Source of the DNA: a virus
Virus record (IMG/VR): IMGVR_UViG_3300037882_002640
Location: 1 to 64,000 of that record
Direction: 5' to 3' (one strand)
DNA length: 64,000 nucleotides
In this document: in pieces, positions 19,750 through 33,700 of the stretch
How the letters are laid out: each line of letters opens with the position of its first letter
Position numbering within the stretch: position 1 is the stretch's first letter
Translations under genes and position numbers: made by a program
The notes under the pieces: generated by a model
What the model was told of the DNA's origin: nothing
What the model saw: only the letters and a program-made list of their open reading frames with translations
Database searches by the model: none

Positions 19750-21724
19750 ATATTTTAATCCCACAGTATTCAGGGGGGAGTTCTACTCCCCCCCTGTTGG
19801 TCTTTTGGAGGATGTGCTAAAGCAAGCCCAAGTAAAATATGACCAAAACTATGAGGCTAGCGAGAAATTGCGTGGTCTCCAAATACAAGCTTTAGAAGCA
19901 GACAAGCCTAGAGCAGATGCTTTAATAGCAGAAAGAAATAATAAGATAGATGACATCGTCACTAGGTATGGTGGGGATTATTCCCTAGCTACTAAGGATT
20001 TAAATTCCTTATTGTCTCAAATACGTACCGAACATCGCCCTGGTGGTGAAATTGCTACCATGGAAGAGAACTATGGAAGGTACAATGATTTCTTAGAGAG
20101 GGAACGTAAAAGGGTTGCAGAAGGTAAGATTGTCGCTGAGGATTTAAATGCTTACAATGATATGTTATTAAATTCTTACACAGGAGTTGGTACTCCTAGC
20201 AAGACTGGGTTATATAACAGACTGGACCCACAATCATTAGCTGAATATACAGATGGGTCTAAACTAGTTACTGAAGCTATAGGAAAGGTTAAACCTAGGA
20301 AACAAGCGATTACTAAGTCCAAATTGGATAAGAGTGGAAACTGGTTTAACGTAAGCGAAGAAGTTGAATGGGTTGATCCAGAGGAAATGAATAATGCTAT
20401 TACAAATGCATTAACATCTGACGATAAGTGGATGGCCTATAATATGCAGAAAGCGCAATTAAATGGAGTTTCCCCAGAAGAGTACTTAACCATGCAGGTT
20501 GACCAGTACCAAAAAACTTATACTCCAATCTACTCGGGAGAATTTTCCCGTGGGGAGAAGGAGGAGTATAAAGGATTTGATGAAGCAACTAAGTTTAGAT
20601 TGCAGAAAGCGCATGAGAAAGATATGCTCGCTCGTCGCGAAGCATCTGCTAAACGAATTGCTAAGTTTAAAAAGGACTTAGACAAAGAAGAGGAAGAAAA
20701 TCAATTTGGAGATAGACCATTTGAATTAGTTGGTAATAACATCAACAATACTTTCCAATTCAAGCCAGTAAAACCACAGCCTGGTGAAGTAGGTGGGGCA
20801 TTTGGAAATACCAGTTCGTTCTTAGGTAATGCTTTTAATTTTGGTGGTAGGGATGTTAATATCTACCCTAATGTAAATGGTATACTATCAGGGAGTGAAC
20901 CTCGTAAGGATGTCAACATGGCTCTGTTACAGCAGATTAAGAACTCTAAACCTTCTTGGGGTGCGGACGAAGAAATCTGGAAGGCCTATAATAGCGCACT
21001 ACAAATGCAGGAGAACTTTGCCTCACAAATCTACATGGACCCTTATGTACAAGTAGAACAGCAGAGAGAAGCTGCAGATCAGTTAATACCTAGGTTCATG
21101 AACTCTCCTGTTCATATGTGGGAAGTTGACGGTAACGGTCAAATGGTTGAAATAATTTCTCAAGCAGATAAAGCTGAGAAGTTAAAAGGGATGTATGATT
21201 TCGATAAAAGAACTGCTAAAGTTCCTGTTGTTGGGACTAGTCGCTCCTTCTCAGGGGATGCTCCTGCTGGACACGTTGTTAAGGATGGGGGCAAAACTTA
21301 TATCATAGCAGAGAATAATGCTGTAATGAATCGTTACAATATATCTAACAATAACTATAAGTCTGTAAAAGAAAGAGCCTTCGGTTTTGTAAAGAAAGGA
21401 TTGACTCAATCTGAAGAGCCCTTTGAGATGATTGGCCCAGATGGAAGAAACGTACCTACTATGGGTGTAACTGAAATTATCAATGGTGAACCAGTGCTCC
21501 GTTATTACCCAGCAATAGCAGATAGACTAAGTGGAAGACTAATTCCAGATAAAACTGACCCATGGACTAAAGTAGATTTAGATGGACGGGTAGTTCCTAT
21601 GAATGCTGCTGATATCGAAAAAGCTGTCTTAGGTAATCAGTTTAACTTTATGAGACAAAAGCAAAAACTTTCTCCTAAAAAAGAATATAATCAAGCTTTT
21701 GATAATTATGAAATAGAATACTAA
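19739..21724 (+). CDS. Virion cargo/ejection protein 2
   Basis: 661 aa, helical/coiled-coil; lies between cargo 1 and the vRNAP as in crAss-like phages. Confidence 0.55.
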   Translation: MVNRYFNPTVFRGEFYSPPVGLLEDVLKQAQVKYDQNYEASEKLRGLQIQALEADKPRADALIAERNNKIDDIVTRYGGDYSLATKDLNSLLSQIRTEHRPGGEIATMEENYGRYNDFLERERKRVAEGKIVAEDLNAYNDMLLNSYTGVGTPSKTGLYNRLDPQSLAEYTDGSKLVTEAIGKVKPRKQAITKSKLDKSGNWFNVSEEVEWVDPEEMNNAITNALTSDDKWMAYNMQKAQLNGVSPEEYLTMQVDQYQKTYTPIYSGEFSRGEKEEYKGFDEATKFRLQKAHEKDMLARREASAKRIAKFKKDLDKEEEENQFGDRPFELVGNNINNTFQFKPVKPQPGEVGGAFGNTSSFLGNAFNFGGRDVNIYPNVNGILSGSEPRKDVNMALLQQIKNSKPSWGADEEIWKAYNSALQMQENFASQIYMDPYVQVEQQREAADQLIPRFMNSPVHMWEVDGNGQMVEIISQADKAEKLKGMYDFDKRTAKVPVVGTSRSFSGDAPAGHVVKDGGKTYIIAENNAVMNRYNISNNNYKSVKERAFGFVKKGLTQSEEPFEMIGPDGRNVPTMGVTEIINGEPVLRYYPAIADRLSGRLIPDKTDPWTKVDLDGRVVPMNAADIEKAVLGNQFNFMRQKQKLSPKKEYNQAFDNYEIEY

Positions 21725-21725
21725 C

Positions 21726-24700
21726 ATGCCATTATATAACAACAAAATAAAAAGAGGCCCATTAGACCACACAGGTCAAGCAGACCCCAACCTCAATCAT
21801 TCCAACTCAGGAGCTAAAAGGATTGGATCTGGAGATGGGTTACTCTCTGGAGGTAGTTATGACTTCAATATTGATGCTACTGCTAGCCAGAACCAGCAAA
21901 GGTTTGGTAACCAAGGTTGGTACAATTGGGCTGGGTACAGTCTCGCTAAACTAGGAGGACGTACAGCCACAGGAGTTGCTGAAGGTATTGGCTCTATAAC
22001 TGCCTTAGGCTCTTCTCCAGGGTTCCTAATAAAGGATAAGGAGTTTATGGATAAGGTAGATAAGAGTCCTGTCGCTACCCTATTAGCCTCACCTTACTAT
22101 TATTTAAAAGGTAATAGTTTTCATAATGCTTTTGAGCAAAATCCTATTCTTGTAGGAACTAAAGCAATAAATACCTTTATTGACGATAACACTACTGTTT
22201 ACCAAGAAGATGGATTCAATGATTTAAATTTTGGGCAGCAGTTATCTAGATTTAGTCAGTTAACCTCTGGCAGTATTGAAAGTTTAGCGTTTTTAACTTC
22301 ATCTGCTTTTGGTGCTGGCTTGCTTGGCAAACTAAATGCTGGTAATAAATTAGTATCTTCATTTGCTAAGGCTAAGAACTTAGATGCAGTATTAGATGGG
22401 GCAAAAGCTGCTGATTACGCAGGTAAGGCAGCAAAAATAGACTTTGCTATATCGCACGGGGCTTTAACAACTTCAGAATCAGCCACAGAAGCAGCAGATG
22501 CTTTCTCAACTATTAAGCGTAAGTTAGAGGATGATCGCTCTAGAGGTAAAAACACAATGTCTGATGAAGAGATAGAAAACGAGGCCAATGGTAAAGCTAG
22601 AAACGTATTCTGGTTAAACATGGCCACTGCCTCTATTACCAATATTCCAACCACTAAACTGTTTAAAGGAGTATTCTCTAAAGCACTTAAGAGTGATATT
22701 GATTTAGGAATTAAACTGGGTGGTAAGGGATTTGAAGCTGAGAACTTAACTGGGCTCAATAGAATGCTTTACTCTAAAGAGTTTCTACCTAAGGTCAGCC
22801 GTGACTTGTTTACTAATATAGTTGCTGAAGGGCTTGAAGAGTCTCTTCAATATTCCATACAAGACATAAACGAGAAGAGTAAAGGAGAGCTATCTCTTAA
22901 GGATTCCTTTAAGAAGTTCTTTTCCGCTGAGAATGCGGTCGCCTCTACTGAAGGTATTTTTACTGATAAGGAACGAGGTAAGGCTGCAGGCCTTGGTGCC
23001 TTAATAGGTGCTGCCAGTGTTGGTGTTGCAGCTATGGCTGATAGAAATTTGTACGCTAATCATGTTACTGCTAGGGATGCCGCTATTGAGGGTTTGAATT
23101 CTCAGTACAAAGATTTTTTAACTTCCACCCCTTACCTAAGAACAGAGGGTAAGTCTTATGAGGTATCTAGAACTGAGAATCCAGATGGTTCCTTTAGTTA
23201 CAATATGACTTCAGGAACTGAGAGTAAATCATTAACTACAACTGAGTTTACTGAACTTACTGCTAAGCATGACCTATCTCCAGAAGGAGGTAAGTTTGTA
23301 GAAAAGGGTACTCACATATTGGATGCTAATGGCAATCCTACTTTAGATACTGAAAGATTAGCTGAGTCTATATCTACTCTCCAAACTCATAGAGCTTTGG
23401 ATGACTTGATTGAGAACGAGGAATTGTATGGTAAATCGGATAAAGTTAAACTAGACTTATTGCGGGCTGAAAAACTTCGTGTACTTGCTCAAACAGCTTT
23501 GGAAAGTGGAACTATGGATTTACTTATTGAAAGGTTTGAAGCGACCAAAGCAGATACTGAGAATCATGAGAAGTATGAGTTGAAGTCTGAAGAGTTAGAT
23601 GAAACTATCAACGAGCTAAAGAAACTTGCGAATCTCTACGAGAATGTGAATAAGGATTTACTAGCTACCTCTACTGAAGGAAATAGATTAAACTCTATTA
23701 GAAAGAAAAGGATGTTCACTCTAGGAGCTAGAGCTGCCACCTTGCAGTCCTTACTCGCTAAGAGTGAACAAGAGAACACAAGGCTTAAATCTGATATCAT
23801 GTTTAAGGCTGGAGAAGATTTCACAGGGAATAGTCAAAACAGGTCTGCTGTTATGGATGCTGTTGAATCTTCTATCGACTTGATGGCTAAGGAGAAATTC
23901 AAACTTAATGAGTTAGAAAACACTATCAGGGATTTGGCAACAGAGCAAGGCATACAGGACAGCAAAAAAATAACTGCCCTTTACGCTAAGATTGCTAGCA
24001 CCCAAGAGGAGATAGACAATCTAAAGAATCAAAGAGAAGAGTTAAAGACAATACAAGGAGCTAAAAACTTCCTAAGACCTGGAGATGTAGAAACGCTAGT
24101 CAACAACTCTTTAAAGAATATGGAGTTGAAGGAAGCTTTGAGACAAACCTCTGAAGTCTATGACAGTTACTTAACTACCAAAGATTTGGATAAAGTTAAA
24201 GGTATTGAGGATACTGCGTTCTTAACTAGAGATGAGTTTGCTGACCCTAACATTCCAATCAATGCTAACACTACTGCCAAAGCGTTGTCTGCATTTGTTG
24301 CCTATAAAGCAAAAAAGTTAAACAACACTAGTAAAAGGGAATATGCGTTTCGGCAGTTCATGAATGAGATTACTAGGAGAGTTGCCCAGAGTTATTCTGG
24401 GGCTAGTTTATTTAGCCTTAATGATTTAAACGCTTTGATAAAACAGTTAGAGTCAATGCCAGAAGGCATTGATATTCAAACTTATAACATTGCATTTGAT
24501 ATAGTACAGAGTATTCGTGCCACTGTACTTGATCCTAGTGAGCAAGTTAGACAATATTTCGAGGACGAGGCTAACGATACTGGTGAAGAGTATGATGAGG
24601 TAGTTGATGATTACATACGCATCTTAGATGACTTTCAAAGTAAGTTAAGTAACCTTAAAGTTATTAACGGGGATTTCATACAGAACATGGACGAATCAAC

Positions 24701-27700
24701 TGAAGAAGCCAAACGCTCTTTGTATAGGACTGGTCTAAGTGTGATGATGGACTTCAATACTGCTCCTGATGAGTACGAGGACTTAGCATCTGCTAAAACA
24801 GAGATTGTTAAGCTCACTAAACTTCTTGAGTTGTTTAAAGAACTTGAGTATGATACTAGGGAACTTGAAACTATCCTAAGTAATCTACAAGCGGCTCTTC
24901 CCCTAATCGAAAAAAATCTCCTTAATAAGGAGTTGAAGAACGCAAAGCAAAACAGATTAGTTGGGGAAGCAATCATCCCAATACTCAATAACCCTGAGTT
25001 CTTGGAGATGCTCACTGCTGCAGGTAATGTGGATGTGCCAGCACTGCTGGAACTAACCAAACAAGATCCTTATCTAGCGTACCTGACACTAGTACAGGCT
25101 CTGTGGGCTGGTAATACCAATGCTAGTTTAGAAGTTATAACTAGGTTGAAAGAGGAGTTAGACTCTAGAGTCTCCACCTTACTTCCCAACTCGCAGGATA
25201 AGAAGATCAGTGTTAACCCCATTAAGTTCTTGATATACTACATATCACAGAAGTATGGGCATAGTAGTTTGGGCGGAGCACAAAAGACTCCAGCTATACA
25301 AGCCTTTTTGGAAGACTATGACCTAGTCAAGTTCATGAACGGAATTGAGAACGAGGCTAACGAAGAAATAAAAGGTCTGCTTAGAGATGTACTAACTGGC
25401 ATAGCTCTTAATGATTTGACACACTCCTTAACTAGTGAAATTAATGCTACTGATATCTTAAGTAAGATTAAATCCTTGGTGGAGAGGTCAAAAGATGTTC
25501 CAGCCCCATCAGTTGCACAGGAAAGAGCCTTACTTCAATTAGGATTATTTCTTTCTTCCAAGAATGACTCCACACAACCACATAAGAATATAACAGCTTT
25601 AAAGGCTCCTCCAGGAGCAGGTAAGACCCTTCTTATTATACCATATATAAAACATATACTTGGTATAACTAACGACGAGTTACTCCCAGTAGCCACCCAA
25701 CAACGTGCATCAGATAATCTCGCTAAAGGCATCGGCCTTAATAAAGGTTATACATCTGAGCAGTTAGTTGATATGTTTGATAACAATGAGATACCTGATG
25801 ATGTTAAAGTTATCATACTGGATGAAGCAGCTTCTCAGACTAATGAATCAGCATACACAGTAGCTAAAGCATTTACTAAGTGGCAGAGGAGAAACGATAA
25901 TGATGCGAGGAATGTTAAGATTATTTATCTTTATGACCCTAACCAAGGACTAGAATCTGCTGATGGCTCATCCCCATTTGAAGCTTCCCCTTACAATACT
26001 CCAACTACTAATGTGCAAAGCATAGAGGAAGGCGGCAATACTCCATTTGGAGCGATGTATTACTCACATAATATATTTGATGTTTTACCTCTCCCCGTAT
26101 CCTATCGCTCAGATATTCCACAGATTCTTTCTCTGCAGAATAGATTCTTAGACAAGGTTAATGTTCCATCTGATATGGAAGCATCTACCTCTAAGGATGC
26201 ATCTGATATGAAGGATATCATGGGTACTTATGTAGAGACAGGTACTGCTAGGCTGTTGGCTATGTACGATAGTTCAGCAGTTAAAAATCCAGATAGGACT
26301 AGAATAATCATAGTGAGTAACGAGCAGGCTAAATCTAAATACCCTGGTAAGGAAGCGCTTACTGCTAAAGAAGCAGTAGGTTTAACCTTTGATGAGGTGT
26401 ATGTAGATATGCCTAGCAACACCACAGCATCTGTTCAGTCCTATAACCAACAGGTTTATACTGCAATATCTAGAGCAAGACTGTTTACTTATTTAGGCAA
26501 CTACTCAGGTACTAACTCGCTAGATACTAGTATGGCTGATAAGATTGAACTCAACCGTACTTTTAAATCCTCACGTCATGATGAATCAGTAGTTGAGAAA
26601 AATCATCAGATTGATGTAATTAATAGTATTGTTACTTTAACAGCAGCACAGGCTACACCTGTAGTCGCCCCTGTATCCACTCCAAGCCCCGTTAATGTAC
26701 TACAGACCATAACCGAACCTGAAATAGAGGTAGTTGAGGATATAGTACTCGATGCTTTCAATGAGACTCCTGCTGGCAACCACTTAAACGTTAACCAAAT
26801 TGACCCCCTACCTCAAAACGAGGGAAGAATTTATCCAAATAACTCTGTAGTTAAGCAGTTACTTGAATCAGGGCAATCAGACTTACGGTTAGTAAAAGAG
26901 TACGATAATGGTTTATTTAGATATAGGTTAATCCATATGTACAATAGTACTAGTGGATTTGATGTAGCCATCTTAGATGAGCTTGCCTTTATGGCTTTAA
27001 ACATTGGAGATTTAAATACTGTAGAACTTAGTGGGGGAGAAATAAAAAACCTGGATAAGCAGAGTGGCTCACTTAGTTTTCCTGCTTCTGTTGGGAGTGC
27101 TATAATGGCATCAACTAAATTAGAACTCGACCCGCAATCTCACACTGTTAGATATATTTATGGAAACACCCCAACTGAAGATTTCAGTAGCCCTGATTCT
27201 TATAGAGGTTTAGTCACTAGGTTCCTAGAGTCATACTCTAAGGAGTACCCTGTTAGTAACGTGGAAGAGATACTTGATAACTTAGATGCCCACACTAATG
27301 TAGTCGTATTCACCTCTGATTCGCAAGTGTTACTCGCAGGTTTCACTAGAGAGCAGGCTCTTAACATCCCATTAGGAAAGCCTTTACTTATTATTAGGGA
27401 TATCGCTAATGTTCAAGGAACTACGCTTACACAATTCATTGAACTACAGACTCCTGTAATTGATCCTACCTCTAAAGAATTTGAAAGAATTCACGGTAAA
27501 GAATTAACTAGATTTACTGAACAACTTAATAAGTTTGAGGATGTATTATCCAAAGCTAACCTAAGTCCAGAATTATTAAACTATACACTGCTAAGGGCAG
27601 GGCAAGCGTTAACAAATGGGGATAAAAGTTATTACCCTTTCCATGCTTTTGTGGTTGCTTTATCTGAATACCGTAAGACTGGAAGATTCTCTATGGCTCC

Positions 27701-30700
27701 CGATAATGTGACTAATGCATTTAACAGGATGAATCCTAACATTGCCTTACCAGTGACTAATGGGAGTTCCTTCCCCAAAGAGTTGGTTGACTTAGCAGTG
27801 GAGTTAGATACCCTACTTCATGGGGAACCTGTTGAAGGTAAAACTTTCAGAAGGAACTATGGGGGTAAAGCACAGTTTGCATTTGATAAGATTGCTAGTT
27901 CAAATATGATTGTTGAGTTGCCTAACATGACTGTTAAGGTGTTAAGGAGTACCCGTAGAAGATCTGGAACTAACGATACTTATGTAGGAGGGTTAACAAT
28001 GCTTGGCCCGATTACATTTGCTGTGCAAGAAGTAACTACACATGGGGCAACATACCAAATAGGCATGCCTTATAACCAGCTGTTCCCACCAGAAGTAATT
28101 AGCCAGATTTCAGAAAGACTCGCCCGTAATCCTAGACTTAGGTGGGGTGAAGCTCCAGCAATCAAAGCATTACTATCAGGAGATGATAGATTGCACACTG
28201 TACTGATGACATCTGAAGACTTATCTTCTATGTTACTTAATGGTGGATACTCTAAGTCTAATTCTGGTTTTGGTTTGAGAATGCCTCTTTACATAAAGGA
28301 CATGAATCAGTTCAACGCTAGAAATGATACAAGATTTGATTTGCACGGGTCATTACAAAGCACTTTCTTAGGCGTAATGCCTACCCGGATAGGTATAGTA
28401 AACCCAGAAACTGGGTTGAGTTCTTTCCAGGAAATTCCTATACCTGTAGAAGAGGTTGAGACAGAGCCAGTAGCTGAGATAAAGGAACAAATAAGGGAAA
28501 GTGTAGTTACTGGGGAAGAAGTAGTATTTACCCCTGCTCAAGAGGCGGAGTTTAAAGCGGAGACCGGTGTATCAATAGAAGAAGCTAGAGATAACTTTGA
28601 ATCACAAACAGTTGCAGAGTTCTTAAAGAAACCAAACTTTGGTAAACTTATGAGGACAGTACTTGGGATGACTACAAATTCTCTAACTGAAACCTTTGCC
28701 CAGTTATTCAATGCCGCTAACCAAGCTGTGGATAGAGAACTGCGGAAAGCACCTAGGGATTTTGTAGCTTCGTTTGTTGTTGCTAGACTGCTAAAGGAAA
28801 CATCTGCAGGCAGTTTCATGTCTAATGGTAGGGCCTTATCTAAAGTATTGCCTATCATTGAGTACTACTACTCCTCCACTAAGAGTGATGTTAAGACTAA
28901 CACTGACTTTGCTAATCGAATTTTAAAATTAGCCTCAATAGAGCAAATTAAGAGCGAGGCAAAAGACATTAATGAGAGTTTAGAAGAACTTGCTAATAAG
29001 TTTGGCGTTCCTTTTACATCTACTAATATTAATTCAGAAATGGATATACTTCCATTCGTACGCTCTGTAGTCTTAATGTCTTCTGAGTTTAGGAAGATGA
29101 GTATAACCCCAGAGGTTAATGCAGTAGCTGCTGTTGAAAGTGGGGCTATTGCCCTGTTAAGGGAGAACAGTTCTAAACCTACTGAGGAAGTGCTTACCCT
29201 GCTCAAAGCGCAATTCCCCGAAGATGAGTTAACTCTTCACGTAGAGAAGAGTTTAAATAGAGATGAAGATGTTGAGGTAATTGATATCTTGCACAGTATA
29301 GATGACGCTAGAGGCTTCTCTTTACCCTTAGAGTTTGAGGAGCTAAATCCTGTGAGTTACGAAGCGGCTTCCCGCCAGTACCGCCAGATATTCAATCCTT
29401 TCGGTTTCAATTTCATTAAAAGGATATTTTTCTCTAAGAAAGGGGAAAACTTCAGGATAGTATCTGCTAATAGTTTAATACGTCAGTTTGGTAAAGAATT
29501 ATGGGGTGTATACTCTAGAGGAGTAATACAGGTAGTAGGTCAAGATGGCAGAGTTGGTATGAGCGTAGTTCTCCACGAGGCTATACACAAAGTAATTGAC
29601 TTGTATCTCACCCCTAAAGAAAAGATTAGACTATTCAACCTCGCTAAGAAACGGTATGGGGACTTACCTGTGTTGGAGTTAGAGGAAAGGATAGCAAATG
29701 ACTTTATGGCATATCAAAGAAAGGAAAAGAAATTCTCTGAAAAGATTACCTCTATCTTCAGAAAGATTGCCAGGTTCTTTAACTTTACTTACAACAATCT
29801 TAACTCCTTGGAAGATTTCTTCGAGTCTACCTTAGATGGTAACTTCAAAGACAAAGTTGGATACTCCAAGACTACTAGGTTCATGGAGATTGAACGATTC
29901 TACAAAGACCTAGCTGAGTTTACTACAGCTAAGAATCTAGTGCTGGACTTATTTAAAGAGGTTAAGAATTCCGCTTCGGATAAAATATTATCTTTCGATG
30001 AGATTATTGGTGAGGTGTTTAACCAATTAATTAACGCCACCATTAGTCAGGAATTAACTTCTGCTGAGGCAGCAGCTATCAAAAATCTAGTTGCTAATCG
30101 TACTGCCCTAAACCAATTCACTGCCTACTTCTTTGGTAATACCCCTGCCATCAGCAGCATTAATAAAGCTACTGCAGAGGCGAGGAAAGATATCGAGGAT
30201 GCTATCGCTGAGTTAACTGACAAGATTAATAATATTGACAGGGAAGCAGACGAGGACGGACTAGAGGTTAATGAATCTGAGCGGCAGGAACTAATCCAGC
30301 TTAAAGAAGAACTTACAGGTTTATCCAAAGCTAGTATCTTAAATGAGACAGTAGACTCTGATGCAGTGGATCCTGAATCTAAATTAACTGGTGTCGTTAA
30401 ACAACGATTGGTAGCAGTGGAGTACAGAAAGAACCGGCAGGTAGTAAGGGCTGACTTTACTAAGCTATATGGCATCCTAATGAATCTTGTATCCTCTGTG
30501 GATAATTCATCGTTTGATAACTTGGTGGATTCTATTAAAGATAGAACACGAAGCCTTATCCCTAGAAGAACTGCTGCCTCTCATAGTGAATACGTCGCTA
30601 ACAACGAAAGGGAAGCAGCCGCTTTGTTTATCGAAGCGGAGTTAGATAGTTACGAGAAATTAAAAGCGTCTAGACCAAAAAATATCTCATTCTTAAAGGA

Positions 30701-33700
30701 CGCTAACTCTAAGTATGAATACATGTTGTTTCATCCAACTAAGGATGTAAGTAACCTGACTTATACTACAGCTAAAAAAGATCCTTCAATAACTATATCC
30801 TTCTACGACCCGTCACTTAGTTATGATGCTTGGGTTAGAGGTGTAGTGGGGGAAAACTACAGTGATGCTAAGACTGCTTTTGATTTCTATGAGCAATCTA
30901 ATTTTGTTAAATCACTAGTTGGCGCTGTGTCTTCTCTAAGAAGGAACAGACCCGCTGTTGGTGTGAGAACTTACGATGAAGGAGTCTACAAGACTAGTTA
31001 CATAGGTGTAAAAGAATCTGGAGCTCGTGCTGTACTTGAGAATGATATTATCAATGGTTTCATGAGGGCTAATGATAAGGCAGATAAGAAGATATTCAGT
31101 GACGAGATTCTAAAAGAACTCGCTAATTTCAAGTTCAGTGAAGACTACGATACTACCTACAACCTTGCTAAAAGACTGCTCTTAACGTTTGGTATCAAGA
31201 TTAAGAAGGGAGATGCGTCTTCACTGGAACTTCAGAACTTCATAAAAAGATCTAAGACCGTTTTACCTAAGATAAACGAGAAGACTGACACCCCTTACAA
31301 TGTTATTACCAACGAATCTAGTTTAATTAGTTTGATTATTGAAGCTGCATCCACAACGGCTAATCTAGTCCAGCCTACCTCATTTATGCGGGGAGATGGT
31401 AAGAAAGCCTTCTTGTGGGTTGATGCTTCGTATCAAACATCCATCCTCACATCTATTGTAAACTCGATAAACGGGTTGAAGGGTATGAGGACTAGGTACT
31501 TCAGTATCAACAAAGGAGAATTAAAGTCTACTTCCCCATTCCTTACGAACAATATATTCTTTAATGGCTTATCTAGGATATATTCATTTTTAGATCATGA
31601 TTCTATAAAATGGAAGGGTAGAGAAGAGAACGCTAAGATTCTACATCGTGAGGGTCCAACAGAAGCCTTGATACGGGCATTTGATTTAGGTTTTATAAAC
31701 AAGGCTGCTAATGGTGATACTTATATTCAATTCCTACCAATACCTTCTAATAGAAGAACTATTAATGGAGTTGAGGTAAGTAGGCTTTCACCTAAACAAT
31801 TAGATTCTGCCTTAATGGGTTTAATCAAATCCCAAAAGAATCGACCTGAACCTACAGGTAAACTTGCTAACAATGATAACTACCTTAAGAATTACAAGAA
31901 ATTTAATCTTCCTGGTCTAGATGGACTGGATGTCAACTCCCTTACTGAAGCAGAAGCTTTGAAGAAGTTGAAAGAAGCACTCGCAGAGATTAAGGAAGAT
32001 TACAAGTCTAAAATACTTGAGTACCTTGTTCGGGAATCTACTGGAACTGAGGTTAGTGAATCTAATTTGCAGGTAGATGTTGACTCTTTACTAAGGACTT
32101 ACACTAAGATTAGTAGCAAGAAAGCTAACTTATCTAGAGCTGGTGAGTACCGTAAGAAATTAGCTGCATATAAAGCAGAGATTGATAAACTTAGTTTAGC
32201 TGGTGATACCGATGCAGCTTTAAAGATTACTGAAGAGGCTAATGAGTTTGTTAAGAGTAGAACCGCATCTCTAAATGATATTCTGGACACTGTGGTTGAG
32301 AATTTTGTAGCAAATCATGTTGTAAACTCTTATAACCTTTCTCAGATGCTTTATGGGGATGGCACCTTCTACAAATCAAAAGAAGATTTAACTAAACGTA
32401 TTCAAGTATTTACTGCAACTGGTGATGTACCTATTGTAGACGAAGCGGATGGTTATCCACCAGTATCTAGGATTGGTGTAATTCAAGACATAGAATCTGC
32501 TTTGGAAGAGTTAGAAGATATGAGAGATGAGGCTGCTAGAGAAACAGTTAATGAAGCGGATGGGCAAGGATTCATGTTACCAGAGGCTTACGAACAGCTC
32601 GCAAAGGCTCGTGGTAGGCATACTGAAGATGACATTACTCTTAAGACAGTGTACTCATCAACTGATGAACTTGGCATACCAACCCTCCTCAAGTATTCCA
32701 TCATTGTTCTTACTGACGAGCTTATTGGGTACAACGCTGGTAAACCTATTAATGTTGCCTTACACAACTTAAGGGAAGCAATGCGCAACCCTGCAGACGG
32801 TAAGGGGAGGTTAGACCAAGCTATATTTTCATCTGGTGTTAAATCAGGTGGTCCAAGCAATAAGAACCAGGCTAGGGTTAACATGGAGGACATGAGTATA
32901 TCATTCCAAGATTCTTCAATTATCAGTATTGACAATCGTCACTTTAGGTTCCAGTTGAATCCTGCGAGTGAAGTTGAGAAGACTGTGGCTAACCCGTCAC
33001 AGATAACTGCCTTTATAGACAGCAATGGTATCAACCCAAACGAAGCTTATGAAGTACATAAGTTGAATGCAGGTATAATGGCTGTGGGTATGCGATTGAT
33101 TTCACATAAGTTGGGTATATCAAGGAAAGGAAGACTTACCAAATCTTCAGAGAATGTAATGCGTAAAAGAGCAATACAAGCAAATGAAGGTATGACGGGT
33201 AAGGAATCTTTAGTGAATGCGTTAGCCGCTAAACGTAATGGTAAGTACTCCGTATCTCTTAACCTACCTATGATTGGAGATGGTCTGGTATCATCCTTAG
33301 CCTCTATTGTTTCTTCTTCTACAGTTGGATTTCGATTTCCAGGCTCTAAGCTTGTTCTTCAATCAGAATTCGGTACATATACCAATACTAAGGAGAAACT
33401 CAAGTTCAAAGATAAAGATGGCTTTACAGAAGTAATGCTTCCAGAAGTCTTCAGGGAGTTCCTGTCAGAAGGTGATGTAGTTGCTAATGATGCAATGGTT
33501 GGATTCCGTATTCCATCCACAAACTACCACTCTGCTATTGCTCTAAGGGTAGTAGGATTCTATAAAGTTCCACCAGGTTCTGCAGGTAATATTGTGATTG
33601 CTCCTGCTGCACTTGTGTTCTATCATGGTTCAGACTTTGACGTTGACTCTCTATTTCTTATTAAAAAGGATAAACTTAAAGAGGATATATCATTAGACAC